In this document: piece after piece, positions 63,058 through 64,000 of the stretch
Layout: every line of letters begins with the position of its first letter
Position numbering within the stretch: the stretch's first letter is position 1
IMG/VR virus record: IMGVR_UViG_3300011560_000001
Span: 173,534-237,533 of that record
DNA: 64,000 bases
Origin: a virus
Lineage: Duplodnaviria > Caudoviricetes
Strand: one strand, 5' to 3'
Position numbers and translations under genes: made by a program
The notes under the pieces: generated by a model
Seen by the model: only the letters and a program-made list of their open reading frames with translations
Told to the model about the DNA's origin: nothing
Databases searched by the model: none

Positions 63058-63103
63058 GCATAGCCCCTTCCCTAGCCATCAAGGCCGGGGAAGGGCTGTA
63101 TAC
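63058..63103 (+). terminator. hairpin element
   Basis: GCAT-AGCCCCTTCCC..GGGGAAGGGCT-GTATACCG. Confidence 0.65.
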
Positions 63104-63125
63104 CGACTACACAGGAAAAGAAACA

Positions 63126-63578
63126 ATGAACATGAAAACCGACAAATCGATGAAAAAGCGCTTAGATCGTTTATTCCATGGTCCCACGCCCGCATCCGTC
63201 GTCGAGGATATTATTAACCAAGCATTCGGACGCCTGGGTATGGGTCTTGATAGTGTCGTCGGGTGGTACCAGACGATACACGAAGGTAAACTCCACCATT
63301 ACCACAACGATTATCGTTTTGACGACGGTGATATCGGTAGCGATTACTCTATCTATTTATTTCCCGATAAAATCACGATACACATCGAATTTGATGATGA
63401 GATGAACGATCAGGAATTAGCCTTGATGCGTCAGTCCGCAAAACAAGCCTTCGGACGTTGCGTGGAGCAATACGATCCCGATGTGTTTATCACGTGTCGT
63501 ATTTTCATCGAGCCTAGAAAATTAATTCAGCATTTGTCTTACGACACCAAGTACATTGAAGAAGCCAACAAGGAATAA
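63126..63578 (+). CDS. hypothetical protein (early paralogue family)
   Basis: IINQAF..LFPDKITI..AKQAF..VEQYD, shared with 63583. Confidence 0.75.
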   Translation: MNMKTDKSMKKRLDRLFHGPTPASVVEDIINQAFGRLGMGLDSVVGWYQTIHEGKLHHYHNDYRFDDGDIGSDYSIYLFPDKITIHIEFDDEMNDQELALMRQSAKQAFGRCVEQYDPDVFITCRIFIEPRKLIQHLSYDTKYIEEANKE

Positions 63579-63582
63579 AGAA

Positions 63583-64000
63583 ATGAGTCAGAACAACATC
63601 GTATCAATAAAATCGATTGCCGAAGCAGCATTTGCCGGATACCCTGGTTCACTAGCACCTATGCTTGAGAAAACGATAAACAAGGTATTTGACTACCTGG
63701 AATCATCGTTACAAGAGGCTTCTCTTGTCCACGACTGCTGGGTTTTCGAGAACACCGCGAATGAAGCATATCAGCACTTCCAACGTGGACCTTTATGGCT
63801 TAATGCCGAACCTCATCGGTTTTCAGTAACGTTTAAACTTTTCAAAGAACGTATTGAAATCCAATTGGTGCCTCTTAACGACCACATCGATTTTGAAGCA
63901 ACCGGTTTACAGAAGGTAGCCGATACGGCATTTCTTCAACGTGTGGAACTGTTCGATATGACGACCGTCCTTGTCATCGGCGCTAACCCTGCCGCTAAGG
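63583..64000 (+). CDS. hypothetical protein, 3'-truncated by window edge
   Basis: AAGGA SD; MSQNNIV.. frame open to the end; TINKVF..LFKERIEI..ADTAF..VELFD. Confidence 0.75.
   Translation, partial: MSQNNIVSIKSIAEAAFAGYPGSLAPMLEKTINKVFDYLESSLQEASLVHDCWVFENTANEAYQHFQRGPLWLNAEPHRFSVTFKLFKERIEIQLVPLNDHIDFEATGLQKVADTAFLQRVELFDMTTVLVIGANPAAK

Overview
This 64 kb window is from a lytic jumbo phage of the phiKZ-related group (Chimalliviridae-like), probably infecting Enterobacterales. The assignment rests on a stand-alone phiKZ gp80-like RNA polymerase beta' fragment (56208-57509), three TATATTAC-type early promoters, an SNF2-like helicase and dense, mostly + strand hypothetical genes. Recognisable genes include thyA, NAD-dependent DNA ligase, HD and calcineurin-like phosphoesterases, a DEDDh exonuclease, a GNAT acetyltransferase, a SAM methyltransferase, a SleB-like wall hydrolase, a macro domain and a P2 gpH-like tail fibre. 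Most notable: (1) six tandem paralogues carrying about 17 Myb/SANT-like HTH repeats, coupled between DNA ligase and a GNAT; (2) a modular virion-appendage set in which one N-terminal anchor domain is fused to different payloads (BspA/DUF285 repeats, a GH8-like glycosidase, an N4 gp65-like TIM barrel, a P2 gpI-like docking peptide); (3) a predicted -1 ribosomal frameshift at 53148-53155; (4) a dispersed hairpin-TTATGC element family, including a perfect 28-bp inverted pair; (5) a minigene/structured RNA with 12 nt of complementarity to the 16S 3' end; (6) a probably inactive ligase-domain paralogue; (7) a small KKGPxKGK protein family. Family assignments come from motif recognition by eye, not from database searches.
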